Positions 1-13,074 are shown, counted from the stretch's first letter. The stretch: 64,000 bases of DNA from Camelus ferus (GCF_009834535.1 NC_045697.1:7566001-7630000); one strand, 5' to 3'. Notes: generated from the letters alone by a model not told the origin. Numbers and translations: made by a program.

Positions 1-22
1 CTAAATGCCTCTTTCTATTTTA

Positions 23-132
23 TTTATTTGTTTATTTTTTATTAATTTTTTTAATGGAAGTACTGGGAATTGAATACAAGACCTCATGTATGCTAAACAC
101 ATGCTTTGCCACTGAGCTATATGCCCCGTGCT
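23..132 (-). mobile_element. Short tRNA-derived SINE (camelid type) with A-rich tail and ~15 bp target-site duplication
   Basis: Minus strand reads ggggcatatagctcagtggc...gtattcaattcccagtac followed by an A-rich tail (Pol III A box and degenerate B box). Flanked by cctctttctatttta (8-22) and cctccttctatttta (133-147). Confidence 0.85.
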
Positions 133-149
133 CCTCCTTCTATTTTAAA

Positions 150-690
150 CCATCATTTGCTGGTTCTGTTCCTTACCCCTGGAACGTGCTTCCTTTCTGG
201 TCACCTGTTAATAATCAAGACCTAGCTGGCGCCTTACCTCTCCTCTGAATCCACTTTTGTCACCAACACAGTTACCCGGAGGAAAGGTAATTAGTCTTCC
301 CAATCCTTGGCTTTCTAGCTATAAACAAGAGAGAAAACAAAACAAACAAAACAAAACAAAAACACCGTCTATCTTTTAAGGCTGTGAAGATAAATAATTA
401 TGTTCAAAATAACAACCACAAAACATGCCTGTGTCCACAGCTAGAGTAAATAAATATATGTGCGTTTCGAGCTCGCCACTGTCTTTTTTTCTAACTTTAT
501 AGCATTTTCCCACGTGTCCACTTTATTGCATATTTTTCTTGATGCTATAATTATTTGACACAACTTTTTTTCCATGTCCTCAGATTGTGGAAATTGCAAA
601 GTAATAGATCATTATTTAATTTATTCTTCTCATGATTGTCACCTTACGAGGTGAGCTATACGGTAGGTACTAAATTGTTTATGGAGGGAA
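150..690 (+). mobile_element. Degraded L2 LINE 3' fragments
   Basis: ctgttccttacccctggaacgtgcttcct and ggtaggtactaaattgtttatgga resemble L2 3' motifs. Heavily diverged and interrupted. Confidence 0.4.
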
Positions 691-1504
691 GCAAGGAAGA
701 AAGGGAGAGAGGAAGGGAGGGGGAGAGAGGGCAGGTCACATGGGCTGTGGAAGAGGGAGTTTGTCGATCATTAATGCAAGTGCACATAAATTTGCGCTTC
801 TGTCGGAACAGAACCGCAGCTGGCAAAGGAAACTGCAGACTCATCAATATTTGAAAGGGAGAGATGAATAATTCTGAAGAAACTTTTAAATGACTTCCCA
901 ACCTTCCTAAAATTCTAGGACTTAATCATCCATTTTAAAAGCTCTCTTTTCCTGTCAGAGTTCAGTGCTTTTAAAAAAATAATATTTGGTGGAGAAGAGG
1001 AAATAAATATTCAACTGATGGGCAGCTGAATTGGAGGAGCTATTCTTATTCAGGGCAGAGGGTGCAAAAAAAAAAAAAAAAAAGCCCAAGAGGGTAGACC
1101 TGGCTTTTAAAATGCAACCTGTCGTCTGAGTTGCCCCTTCACCCCCAATTTCAACAGCCTTTCTGCACTGATTCCTCCACAGAGGCTTATTGATGAGCGC
1201 TGGGTCTGGACTGTTCAAAATGTCCCCTCTAGGTCTCTCCTCCCCAGAGGGCCCTACGGGGTCCCCAGTTAAACTTTCTCTTCTCAGAGTGTGAACGCAG
1301 AGCTGCCTCTGCCTCCAGTGGAGGCCATGTCTGGCTCGCAGAGTCAGCTAGCCCTTGATGTCTCTTGCTCTGCTGAATTCTTTCTTTCGCTTTGCTTCTA
1401 TTTGGCCCATTACGTCCAACCTTTCCTCTATAGTCTTTTGTCATTTGGGCACAATCCACGCCTAACTGAGCATCACCGCCACCACTGCTGCACATGCGTA
1501 CGCT

Positions 1505-2099
1505 TGTTAGAGCAGGCAGATAGCTAGATACGAGCAGAGAAAGGGGCATGGGCCAAATGGCAGGAAATCATACATCTTGCAAACAATGGGATTCCTTGAG
1601 CAGACAGAGGAACACAGGAACCCCCGGACTGATAAGAAATCACACATTTTGGATTGACAAGTGTCCTGGTTGCAGACAAACAAAAGTGAGAAAAGACAGG
1701 AATCTCTGGCATCTGAATGTAACCTTTTGCTCATTATGCTCTCGCTACAATAAAAAGAGACTTGCAGATAAAAGCCCCCATCATGCACTGACACCATGAC
1801 ACTTCTGATCAAGACTAAATGAAGGGAAAAATCCTTCCCCTTGGGAAGGTGGGGCTGGGATGAAAATCAAGGAATATGACCCCAAACCCCTACCTCCCCA
1901 ATCAATATTCCACCCATTCATTATTACACCCCATGTAACCAGCTTGCCAAAGAAACTCAGCACAGCTACTCACCTGAGTCTGCCCGCCCTCCCCTTGAAA
2001 GTGTACTATCTCCTAATAAATCCTTGCTTTGATTTCTTGACCTCTTTCTCATCTCTGAATTCTTTCTGCAATGAGACAAGAACCTACTCTCTAGTAATA
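1505..2099 (+). mobile_element. Solo LTR, ERV-type, lineage-specific
   Basis: Begins TGTTAG and ends GTAATA (inverted termini). AATAAA near 2015. The 3' half is clearly homologous to a second copy at 38861-39111. No clean TSD seen. Confidence 0.8.
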
Positions 2100-2469
2100 C
2101 TATCACTCAGCTCTCTCAATATGGTGTCCTCTGCTGGGCTCATCCCTAAGTCTAGAATCCCAGGCTCACTACCATTGCTCTGGATGTCACTTAGCATCAA
2201 TATTGTGACCTTATGATTTGTCATCCAAACTGGGGCACCTCCAAGAGTGAAATAAATATTTAATGTTTTTGTCAGGAAAGTGTGCAGAAACAAGTTCATC
2301 TGGGAAGAGCCAAATATGTCACTCTTGCTAAGCCATCTGTATCTGGCATCTATTTCCCTACCTAGCCTCTTTTCTGGCCTGCTGGATACTATGTAGTCCA
2401 CCTTTCAGGCAGTTAAACAATGGGTCACCTCCACACATAAGAGCTTCTAACCAATGTGCACCAAACAAA

Positions 2470-2900
2470 TCCAAGTTAGGCAATCAGAGACTCAAACAGA
2501 GGGGATTCAATACAGGGAACTGGATGCTTGGGTGATAGAATTGCTGAGGGGCACACAGAGGGTGGTGAGGCAACCTAGAGATGGGGTAAGAAGTTACCAT
2601 CTCTCAGGACAGAGGCACAGGAGGGAAGATAATGTTATCAGAGCTCAGCATTCATGGCTTTGCCTACTGAGTGAATGCTGAAACTGCAGAGAACAGAGGT
2701 ACTGGCAGAGATGGTACCTGGGGATGAGAAAGGATATCCTTACTTCTTTCCTACTTTCTTCCATTTCCTGCCTGTGCTTCCACTGGGTTGTCCAGAAGGT
2801 TTCCAGCTTCCAAAGGAGCCTGTGAAAAGCCACCTGTTGAGGTCATTTTGGCCATAAAGAGCAGAACAGGGTAGCCAGCCAATCTCAGAACAAGCAGTTG
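2470..2900. mobile_element. Ancient ERVL/MaLR-class LTR remnant
   Basis: gaggggattcaatacagggaactgg and cctgcctgtgcttccactggg resemble old MLT/ERVL LTR consensus motifs. Confidence 0.4.
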
Positions 2901-3040
2901 ACTCAGACACAATGACGTAATCAAATCTATGCATGCCTCTTCGGGAGACGGTGTCTATCACATATAAATGAACCTTTTCATCGCATTGACCCTCATACTG
3001 ATCATGCATGAATCTAATTGGGACTAATGTGTTTGAGTCA
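2879..3040 (+). promoter_or_regulatory. Candidate Pol II core promoter/enhancer (CCAAT, AP-1, CRE-like, TATA, Inr)
   Basis: CCAAT 2879, TGACTCA 2899, TGACGTAA 2913, TATAAA 2963, Inr-like TCATACT with A at 2995, TGAGTCA 3034. Motif evidence only. Confidence 0.3.
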
Positions 3041-3419
3041 ATTTGCTTGGAAACATAAAGTCAGGAGACTAGTTGTTCATCACATTCAATGCATTGCAAT
3101 TTAAAATATCACAGACTTCCAAGGCTGCAGGGAACAACAGTGATGAGCTGGCTGAATCACTGAGTGAGCGCTCCTACCAAGGGAGCATCAATGCGGTATG
3201 ACTGATTATCTCAGAGAAGTTCTCTGCAGGAAGTATCGATCACAGTGTCTGTCGGGAGGCATTCATTTTGGATTGTCTCCAACTCTTCAATGAAGACTAT
3301 CCAGGGAGACCAACTGTCACCATCCAAGAGTTTAGAGATTCTCAGGCATCACCAGGGAAATATGTATCTGCCATGATGAGACATTGGCATATTTAAAATC
3401 TTTGGAACTTTTGTACACA

Positions 3420-3650
3420 ATAGCAGCATATGTTAAGTTCATTGACTTTGGAGTCAGAAAGTCCTGGATTTTTTTAATTAGCTAGCGATTTGACCTTGGG
3501 AAAGTTTTAGACTCCACTCTGCTTTAATTTCCTCATTTAAAAAAATCAAAATGTTAATATGATCAACCATATAATATTTATTTACCAAAATAATATTTAG
3601 AGAAGGCCTCCACCTAGTCAGGTTTGTAAATACTAGTTGCTATTGTTATT
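3420..3650 (+). mobile_element. MIR SINE
   Basis: gactttggagtcagaaagtcctgg...tgaccttgggaaagtt...tttcctcattt MIR core. Confidence 0.65.
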
Positions 3651-4449
3651 TTAAAAAACATTTTTAGTCATTATTCTATTATTGGAAATAAGCGGTCATT
3701 CGAATCTACTGAAAATGCTGTTCATACCAAATCCGTGAAGGTGGAAGACAGGTTAAATAAAATACACCCCAAACAGCCAGCCAGGCACCTGAATAAGCTA
3801 TAGAGAGAGAGAGGGGGCAAGGTAGTAGCTTCAGAAATGATCACAACATTTAAAACATTATATGGTTTGAATTACAGAAAGAAATAATGTGAAACACGTC
3901 AAACATTTATTAAAGGAAAGGAAAAATAAAAAGCAAACATAAGTTTGGTCCCTTATGCCAGCTTCTAGTATCAAAGCTGGTGTAAGTATATCAATCGTTT
4001 TCATCTTTTAACATCTTTTTCACTTTTGTTAAATTATAATGAAATTTTTTGTACCCACTCACCAATCATCTGCTGCTTCAGGCCAATCTCTGTAACTCTG
4101 TACGATGGTCCTGAAATACCAGAGGTGTTATCCTTACACTTGGATAAGAAAGGCTTTCTGTGGACAGGACAGAAGAGAAAATGCAGGCTCACTTTTCATG
4201 ACTTCCCTTGTCATCATTTTCCTCAGATCTTCAAATCTCATACTCAGCTGATAAATAACAGTAGTGACCATCACCACTCCATTTCAGGGAGAGCCGTGGA
4301 AAATTATTTGAATTTACTTCAGAATGTCTCATCCTTCTAACTGTAATGTACATGTTATGAGATTAAGCAAAACTGAAGACACAGGATTCGATGAGATCAC
4401 ATACACCGTCTCATTTGTGCGGTAGAAGGGATCAGACCAGTAAGAAACT

Positions 4450-4635
4450 ACAGAACAGCACCATAAGTCCCGGGTTGATAGTTTGAAATCTTGTATTTTA
4501 GTTTCTGTTCTTCCATTTACTATGTGTACTTTGACAAGTTGGCCCATATTTTCAGGATTCCATTTTCTGTTTAATCTTCTATAAAAATAGAGATTTAGAT
4601 GGAAAATCCCCAAAGTCCTCTCAGTACTAAAATTG
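4450..4635 (+). mobile_element. MIR/MIR3 SINE remnant
   Basis: ttccatttactatgtgtactttgacaagtt core and aagtcctctcagtactaaaatt 3' end. Confidence 0.5.
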
Positions 4636-5054
4636 TTTTATATATAAATCTATATTTGTATATAATAAAACGTCTTTGGGAAGTGGAATTAGAGTAAATT
4701 TTTTCTTACTTTATACAGTTTTTAAACTTTTAATGACAATAATGCATTGTTTGTATAATTTAAAATATACGGCTTTTAAGAACTCTAATGCTGATAATGA
4801 CACTATGGGTTTTATCAAGATAAATCACCCACACACAGTAATTATAAATTCTAGAAAAATAATTTCAAAAACTATTTTAAAGCAGTGTAGAATGCACAAA
4901 GTCAGGCAGAAACAAGAGTAAGTCAATTCCTTAAAAGAAGAGAAGCTCTCTCAATGGGGTCCATGTCGGCACAGTTTTGCTTCAAGGGCACTTTTAAGTC
5001 CCCATAATGAAGGGTAATAAGAAGCCAAGCACAAGTACGCAGCCTTACTGTCTT

Positions 5055-5136
5055 TTTTGCTTTTGTTTTTGGTTTTTTTTTTTAACTTTTTTTATTGAGT
5101 AATAGTCATTTTATAACGTTGTGTCAAATTCCACGG
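5055..5136 (-). mobile_element. Very short 5'-truncated young L1 3' end with 10 bp TSD
   Basis: Poly-T followed by aactttttttattgagtaatagtcattttataacgttgtgtcaaattcc. Perfect TSD ttactgtctt at 5045-5054 and 5137-5146. Confidence 0.85.
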
Positions 5137-5721
5137 TTACTGTCTTGAGTTAACAGGCTGTAGATAAGAGGGGAGAGAGTGAAAACTGGAGTGGAAGTAA
5201 ATGAAAAAAACAAAGATGTTGCAGTGGGGTAACCCCAACATTGTGTGTAGGAAATCTCCCAAGTCCTTGGCTGAGGACTGAGCTCTGCAGATTTGGGGGC
5301 GGAGGGGATTCTGTGCCGTCTGAGCACCGTGACAGACAAAAGCCAGAGAAAACTGAGAAGGAGGTTACGTTTCTGCCCACTGATGTGGTGGGTAAGAGTT
5401 TGAAATTTCATCCCTCCTAGTTAGAGGGGTGTGGAAAACACTGCGGGCTTCACACTTACTTGCCTTAACAAAGTTTACATTCAAACTTCCATAAGTTCAA
5501 GTTCAAGGTGATCCTCATAATTTTACTGCTTTCTATGGCACATGTTAACACTTCAGAGGAAGGTGACAGAATTAACAGCCTCTAAAATGTATTCCCACAA
5601 TTTTCAGTAAGCATTAAAAATTAGTAGACATATGAGGAAGAAGATAAATGGGACATATTGTTAAGGAAGAAGACTGGCCTGTGGTTATACACAGTAGTTT
5701 TGATGTACCCAAGAAATGCAG

Positions 5722-5970
5722 AAAGATCAGTGGTTGCTAGAATTTAAGATTAGGGTTGAATTGGGAGGGAAGGGGCAAGCTGATAAATAAGCAACACAAG
5801 GGATTCTTAAGGCGCCTGAACACTTTTGCATCCCGACTGCGTACATCAGTAGAGACAAAGGTACCACGCCAGTGGGGTATGTTGATAATGGGAGAGGCTA
5901 TGCATGTACAGAGGCAGGGGATACACAAAAAACCTCTGTACCTTCAGCTCAATATTAAAAAAAAAAAAAA
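5722..5970 (+). mobile_element. Old L1 (L1MC/L1MD-like) 3' end with internal deletion
   Basis: agatcagtggttgc...gttgataatgggagaggctatgcatgt followed by poly-A. Homologous to the inverted copy at 33594-33970. Confidence 0.7.
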
Positions 5971-5989
5971 CATATTTTTTAAAGATCAA

Positions 5990-7980
5990 AGGAAAAAATT
6001 TCCATAATTAACATCATACTCAATGACAAAAGACTGAACGTTTTTCCTCTAGTATCAGGAACAAGACAAGAATACCCAATTACAGCACTTTGATTCAACA
6101 TAATAATGGCAGTCTTAGCCAGAGCAATTAGGCCTAGAAAAGATAAAAGACATCTAAATTAGAAAAAAAGATGTAAACTGCTCTCCTCATGGATGACACG
6201 TATTTCTTATGTGTGGAAATACTAAAGATTGTACACACACACACACACTGTCAGAAATAATAATGAACTCAGCCAAGCTACAGGATGCAAAATCAACATA
6301 CAAAAGGCTGTTGTGTTTCTATACATTAACAATTAACAATGAACAGTCGGAAAAGAAAATTAAATAAACAATTACAACGGCATCAAAAAGAATAAAATAT
6401 TTTTGAGTAAACTCAACCAAGGAGATGGAAGACTTGTACACTTAGAATGATAAAATGTCACTGAAAGGAATTAAAGACAAAGTAAATGGAACACCATCCA
6501 GTGTTGATAGATTACAAACCTTAATATTGTTAGATGTCAATACTATCCAAAGTCATCTAGAGATTTGATGTAATTCCTATCAAAATCCCAAAGGCATTTT
6601 TTTTTGTAGAAATAGAAAAATCCATACTAAAATTCATATAGAAAAGGACTATGGATACTCAGAACAATTTTGGAAAAGAAGAACAAAGTTGGAGCTCAAA
6701 TACTTCTTGATTTCAAAACTTACAAAGATAGAATAATCAAACGTGTGGTACGAGCATAAGGGCACATACATAAGCCAGTGGAATAGAAGAGAGAGGTCAG
6801 AAATAAACCCTGACATGTGTGGTCAAATTATGTTTAACAAGGAGTTCCCAGAGCATTCAATGAGGGAAAGAACAGCTTCAACAAAAATGGTGTTGGAAAA
6901 CCGGATTCCCATATTCAAAAGAATGAAGTTGAACTGTTATCTCACACTGTGTACAAACATCAACTCAAAGTACATCATGGACCTAAGCATAAAAACTGAG
7001 ACCAGAGGACTCTTAGAAGAAAACATAAGGAAATCTTTATGATATTAGATGTGGCAATGATTTCTTAAACACCGCATTAAAAGCACAGGCAACAAAAGTG
7101 AAAATAGATAAATTTGACTACATCAAAGTCAAAATCTTCTGTTCATCAAGGACACAATCCACAGAATGAAAAGGAAATAAGAAACGTGAGGAAAATGTTT
7201 GCATATAATTTATCTGATAAGAGGTTAGTAACCAAAATATATATAGGACTCTTGCAACTCAATGGCAACAACAAGAAAAAAATGAATCATTCACTTAAAA
7301 CTAGGGCCAAGGACCTGAATAGACATTTCTCCAAAGATACATGAATGGCTAACAAACACATGAAAAAATGTTTACCATTGCTAGTCATCAGGGAAATGCA
7401 AATAAAAACCACCATGCCATGTTATCTCACACTCATCAGGACGGCTACCACCAAAAAATGGAAACAAAAAATAACAGCTGTTGACAAGAAAGGTCACGAT
7501 TGGTAGGAATGAAAAATCTTGCAGCTGCTATGGAAAACTATGGTGGTTCCTCAAAATATTTAAAATAGAACTACCCTATGATTCAGCAAGCCTACTTCTA
7601 GACATAAATCCAAAAGAATTGAAAGCAGGGACACAAAGAAATAATATATGTACATCATGTTCAGAGCAGCATAATTCGTGGTAGCCAAGAGGTGGAAGCA
7701 ATCCAAGTGTCCATTGATAGATGAATAAACAAAATGTGACATACACATACAATAAAATATTACTCAGCCTTAAAAGAGAGGGAAACTAGGACTCGTGCTG
7801 CAACGCGGATGAAGCCTGAGGACATTATTCTAAGCAAAACAATGGCGTTTCAGATCTGTAAGATGAAACAGTTCTAGAGATGGAGTGCCCAACAATGTGA
7901 ATATACCTAATAATATCACAGTGTTAAAAATTGTGAGGATGGCAAATACTGTCATGTGCATTTCACCATGATTTAAAACA
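5990..7980 (+). mobile_element. L1MB-like LINE-1 fragment (ORF2 3' half and 3'UTR), decayed
   Basis: ORF-track fragments resemble ORF2p (YISQWNRRERSEINP, LWWFLKIFKIELPYDSA). Many frameshifts and stops. Confidence 0.9.
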
Positions 7981-8859
7981 TGTGGAAGCAGATAAGAAAG
8001 TGAGAAGAAAACCACAGACTAGGTTAGGATACTAACAGTGTATTTCTTTCCAAGGACTTCTATTGACTTCCTTTTAATTTTATAGCAAATTGATATAAAT
8101 ATAAGGAAAAAAAAGAAAACAATAAAAAATGGTCAAATATCTTCAAAATGTATTTAACTGAAAATGATACAAGAACACCCTATAAGCACATAAAAAAGTG
8201 CTCAACATAATTAGTCCAACAGGAAAATGCAAATTAATTCCCAAATGGGATACCATTTCACACCTTGCTAGAATGTTGGCAAGATATGGAGCAAATTTTA
8301 TTTCACTCGCACTGTTTTAAGGCCGACTCAAAAAAGCAGCATGCTGTTCTTAGTTCTAAATGTGGAAGGTGGAAATTTAATCTGATGGAAATCTTTCGTC
8401 AGATTAAAGCATCAATTTCCTTCTGCTTTTTACCTTCGCCCTGGCAGCGTTCCCAAGGCTAAACAGCTACCATCCTCTCCTCAGTCCCCGCAGCTTTGGT
8501 AATTAACTGCTCCTGCACCATCGTCTGGGTAACCCAGCTGCCCCTCTTTCTATCGGCTTTTCCCTGCTGTGTTGCCCTGAGGTGCCCTCAGGATGAATGA
8601 GAAGCTTTACTTGGCCATAGTCCCGGAACAGCCTGGTCAAGGTGGAGGAGGAGGGTCATTTTTTTTTTTTTAATAGTCTTACAGTCTAGCATGATTTTCC
8701 ATACTAGAATTAGGAATCTGGCAGGCTTTGTGGATTTGGCCACATCATGGATTTGGGTGTGTTGCCCTGAATTCTGCTAGGCAGAGGCAGAGCATGAGAA
8801 ATATTTTTCTATGCACCAGACTCTTGGATAGAGACCAAACTTCATTTGGTTTTATCACA

Positions 8860-8985
8860 AGTCTATGTGGTGAGTATTTTTACTGAGTATCAGAGAGATT
8901 TAAATTCTTTCACTGAGTTCACCCAGCTGGTAAGGGGCTGAGCTGAGATTTTAGCAGAGTTCTGTGTGACTTCCCTGCCACTGTG
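8860..8985 (-). mobile_element. MIR SINE remnant
   Basis: gagttcacccagctggtaaggggctgagctgagatttt...tgtgtgacttcc matches the MIR reverse strand. Confidence 0.5.
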
Positions 8986-9499
8986 TTTTGTTTTGTTTTG
9001 TTTAAAATCGAAGACTCACTATTTAGCACACTTACCTATTAAGGCAACTGAATAGAAATAAAAAGAACCCAGAGCCTGGGGATGAGTAGGGTGTGTTAGG
9101 AACCCAGGATCCCCAACCAACAGAGTGGAGGAGACAGGATGGAAAGGGTAGGTTGACAAGGAACCATGTGGACCTTTGGAAGGAAGCCAGGGATTTCTTC
9201 CTGTATCACTCATGTAATTCTTTCACTGAATTGTTACTATGATGATAAAGACCTTAATTATAGTTAGGTAAATTACCACACACCTAATACTGTGTATATG
9301 GACACAAATATTGAATCCTCATCATCATCAAAGTCAGAAAAGAAAGATTTGAATCAGACTATGCCAGCTCACTTGGGGTTTGTGAGAATCTAATTAGACA
9401 TCAAGTAACTTGTGAATCTTAAAAATCTGTCTTTCTACTCAAAGAAAAAGAACATAGTGATGGAGAGGATTTGGGGGCATGAGGGAGACTTAATACAGA

Positions 9500-11880
9500 A
9501 CGCTACTTTTTTGAGACATTGAGTTAAAATGTACGTGTCATAGTATTTACCCTCTGAAAGTATACAACTCAGTGGCCTCTCATTGAACAAAGTTGTGCAG
9601 TCATCACCACTATATAGTATCAAAATATTGTCATCACCCCGAAAGGAAGCCTCCTAGCCATTAGCAGACACTCTCCATTTGTTACTCCTCCAGCCCTTAG
9701 AAATCAATAATTACATTCTGTCACTATGGATTTGCCTATTTTGGATGTTTAATGTAGATAAAAATCAAGAAATCCATTGCCTTTTGTGTCTGTTTCTCTC
9801 ACTTAGTAGGAGATTTTAGAAGTTCATCCAGAGCAGATTAATTGCCTTTGCATGAATACATCTTTTGTCCACTTATTCATCAGTTGATAGACAGTTAAAT
9901 CATTTCCAGTTGTTGGTTATTATGAGTATTTATGGCTATGAACATTTGTATACAAGTTGTTATGTGGATAAGTTATCTTGTGGGTAAGTTTTACGTTTTC
10001 AAGTCTCTTAAGTTTATACTTGGACTGGATTTTCCGGGTTATGTGGTATTTCTATGTGTATCTTTGAAAAAACTGCTACTTTTTTTTCAAAAAGACTATA
10101 CAATTTTACACTATCATTTGTGAAGCATGAGGGTTCTAAAATCTCTACATACTTGTCAGCACTTAAGTCGTCTGTCTTTTTATTATACACATACTAATGG
10201 CTGTCAAGGGATTCCTCACTGTGGCTTTGATTAGCTTTTCCCTAAGGACTAATTTTATTTCAAATATTTTTATTTGCTACTTGTATATCTTCCTTGGAGA
10301 AATATCTATTCAAATCCTTTGCCAATTTAAAAAAAAATATTGAAGTAAAATTCACATGACATAAAATAATCCATTATAAGGTGAACAATTCAGTGGCATT
10401 AAGTACATTCACAATGTTGTATGACCACCACTTCTGTCTAGTTCTGGAAGTTTCAAAGCATTTTCATCACCCCCAGAGGAATATTCATACCTATAAATTG
10501 GTTATTCCATTTCTGACTTTACACAACCCGTTGGAACCATCAATCCGTTGTCTTTATGGTTTTATCTATTAAGAGTGTTGCACGTAAATGGAATTATTCA
10601 GTATGTGACCTCTTATGTTCAGCTTCTTCCATTTAGCATATTTTTTTGACATTCATCCACATTGTAGCACACTATCAATACTTAATTCCTTTTTATTTAT
10701 AAATGACATTTCATTGTGTATATAGACTATAATTTGTTTATCCATTCATTAACTGGTATATATTGGATGGTGTCTGTCTCTGGCGATTGTGAACTGTGTT
10801 GCTATGAACATGTGTGTATATGTTTTTATTTAAATGCCTATTTTCAATTCTTTGGGGTATATACCTAGGAGAGCAATGGCTGGGTCATATATTAATTTTG
10901 TTTAACTTTTTGAGGCACAACAAGATAATTCCCCACAGGGGTTAAACTGTTTAGATTTCTGCTGGCGATACATGTGGGCTCTATTTCCTCCATATGCTTG
11001 ATGACACTTGTTATTTTCAGCCATTTTTTGGTTATAGCTGGATTCCCTCTCTCTCGGCCTCCCGCCTTCCCTCCCTCATTCTCTTTTTCTCTTTCCTTCT
11101 TCCTCTGAATTGCTCTGGCTAGAACTTACAGTACAATGTTGAATAACAGTGGCAAAAGCACCTTCGTGTTACTCTTCATCTTAGGAAAAACAACCTTCAA
11201 TGTTTCACCTGTGAGTATGGTGCTGGGCATGGACTTTCCCTTATGATTATTAAGGAGTTTCTTAGTTTTTACCAAAGAGAGTTGTTGGGTTTTGCTGAAT
11301 GCTCCTTCTGTGTCATTTGAGATGCTCATGGGTTTTTTCCCCCTTTGTTCCACGTGGTGTAATACACTGGTGGGTTTTCTAATGCTAAACCACCCTTACA
11401 TTCCTGGGATCAATCTCATGTGGTCATGGTGTACAATCTTTTTAATACACTGTTGGGTTTGGTTTGCTAGTATTTTGATGAGGCTTTTTCATCTATATTC
11501 ATAATGGATATTGTTCTTTAGTTTTTTTTTTGTCTTTCTCTGGTTTTGTTATCAGAACAATATTTGCCTTACAGAATGCATTAGAAATATTTCCTTTGCT
11601 TTGATTTTGTGGAAGAGTTTGGGAAGGATTGCTAGTAATTATTCTTTAAAAGTTTGGTGAAGTTGACCACTGAAACCATCTGATCCTGGACTTCTCTTTG
11701 TTGAAAGGTTTTGATGACTCATCCTATCACTTTATTATTAAGACTTTGTAATAAGTCTGTTCAGACATTCTGTTTCTTCTTGAGTCAGTTTTGGTAAGTG
11801 TGTTTCCAGAAATTTCCCCATGATATCTAGGTTCTCTAGTTTGTTAGTGCATAATTGTTAATAGTATTCTCTGATAAACT
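9500..11880 (-). mobile_element. Cluster of old L1M fragments (3' ends starting at ~9500 and ~10335, ORF2 piece 11100-11880)
   Basis: Two separate L1MB-like 3'UTR starts (ttgagttaaaatgtac..., attgaagtaaaattcacat...) and ORF2-like text (LLPLLFNIVL). Confidence 0.85.
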
Positions 11881-13074
11881 GAAGAGACAGTAGATGTTAG
11901 ATGTCAGCTCAGAAAGGATTTCAAAAACTTCATCATGTAGCCCTGAGTTAAGGAAGGAATTTATATGAAGGGTGATTTAATTATCTGATATCTTTCTTGC
12001 TTTCAGTGAATATCTCTGAGAAAGGGCTATAAAAAAGGGAAACTTTCTGTAAGAAACTGCATCAATTTTTACCTCTGTATTGAGCTAGGTTTTCAGGGTA
12101 TTTAACTGTGCATCAGAAAAAGTGTCTGGATTGCATTGTTGCAGGCCAGCACACAATTGCTTTTATTCCATTACAATTTACTGGTAATTCCCTGTGTCTC
12201 GAGAGATATTTTCTCTAAGATTCAATCACTTGAACTGCATTCTGATGTTTTGTAAAAATACATTCAAAAATATTGTCCACTCTGTTTCTCAGTGCCCTTT
12301 GTTCAAGGATTCATAGACTATCTTACAACTTGAATTTAGTTCCAGTTAAAAAAAAAAAAAGATATCTAAAGACAAAGTAAGCATCTTTCTATTTTCAGTA
12401 AATTCAAACAACATATTATCTTTTTGCTTAATATGATAAGAAATTCAGGATCAAATTCACTGCCCAAATATTATAATCTGCTCCACCCAGGTATGTAAAT
12501 ACAATTGCCCTAAGATTTAATAAATGTGTTATCTATTTTGTTCTGTCTTGAAATATATAACTTTCTAGAAATAGATAAACCTAAACATTGAAAATAATGG
12601 AAAGAACAGCAGTCTATCTTTATCACTTTAAAGGCTGAGAACCACATGCAGAAAGACTTGCTTTCATCCAAGTTTAAGCTTGAGTCATTTACTGTTGTTT
12701 TTTTTTTAATTTTATTATATTTACACTCTACCTTGCTTTATAAAATAGAAACAGGGTGCTAGGGATAAATATAGCTACATGGAAGAGAAAAATGGTACTG
12801 TCATTGCTGAGTAACAGATATAATGCTAGGTCTCTTATAAAAACCATCTCTTATTCTTTATTACAAAAATGCATAAAGTAGGAAACCAAAGTCTAGAGGG
12901 TGTAGCTCCTGAAAAACATAAAAAAGTTGCATACTTTGAACCATAACTGGAGACTAGGCCCATCTTTAGCTATTTTCTGATTTATGCAGTGATATACAAT
13001 AAAAACAAAGTGTAACAATATTGGAGTATTAACTTAGAATAAAACCTCAAATAATGCTTGACATCTGTAGATAT

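Noticed and set aside
55..127. tRNA-like sequence
   Set aside because: Has an A-rich tail, TSD and degenerate B box, so it is a SINE, not a tRNA gene.
6743..7748. Short ORFs with reverse-transcriptase-element similarity
   Set aside because: Frameshifted fragments of a decayed L1 ORF2, not a gene.
5990..11880. Inverted pair of L1 fragments that might form dsRNA
   Set aside because: Old, heavily diverged, independent insertions. This arrangement is common.
12391..12496. Possible 92-nt plus-strand exon (ttttcag ... cag|gtatgt)
   Set aside because: Very AT-rich interior with no supporting features. Such site pairs are frequent by chance.
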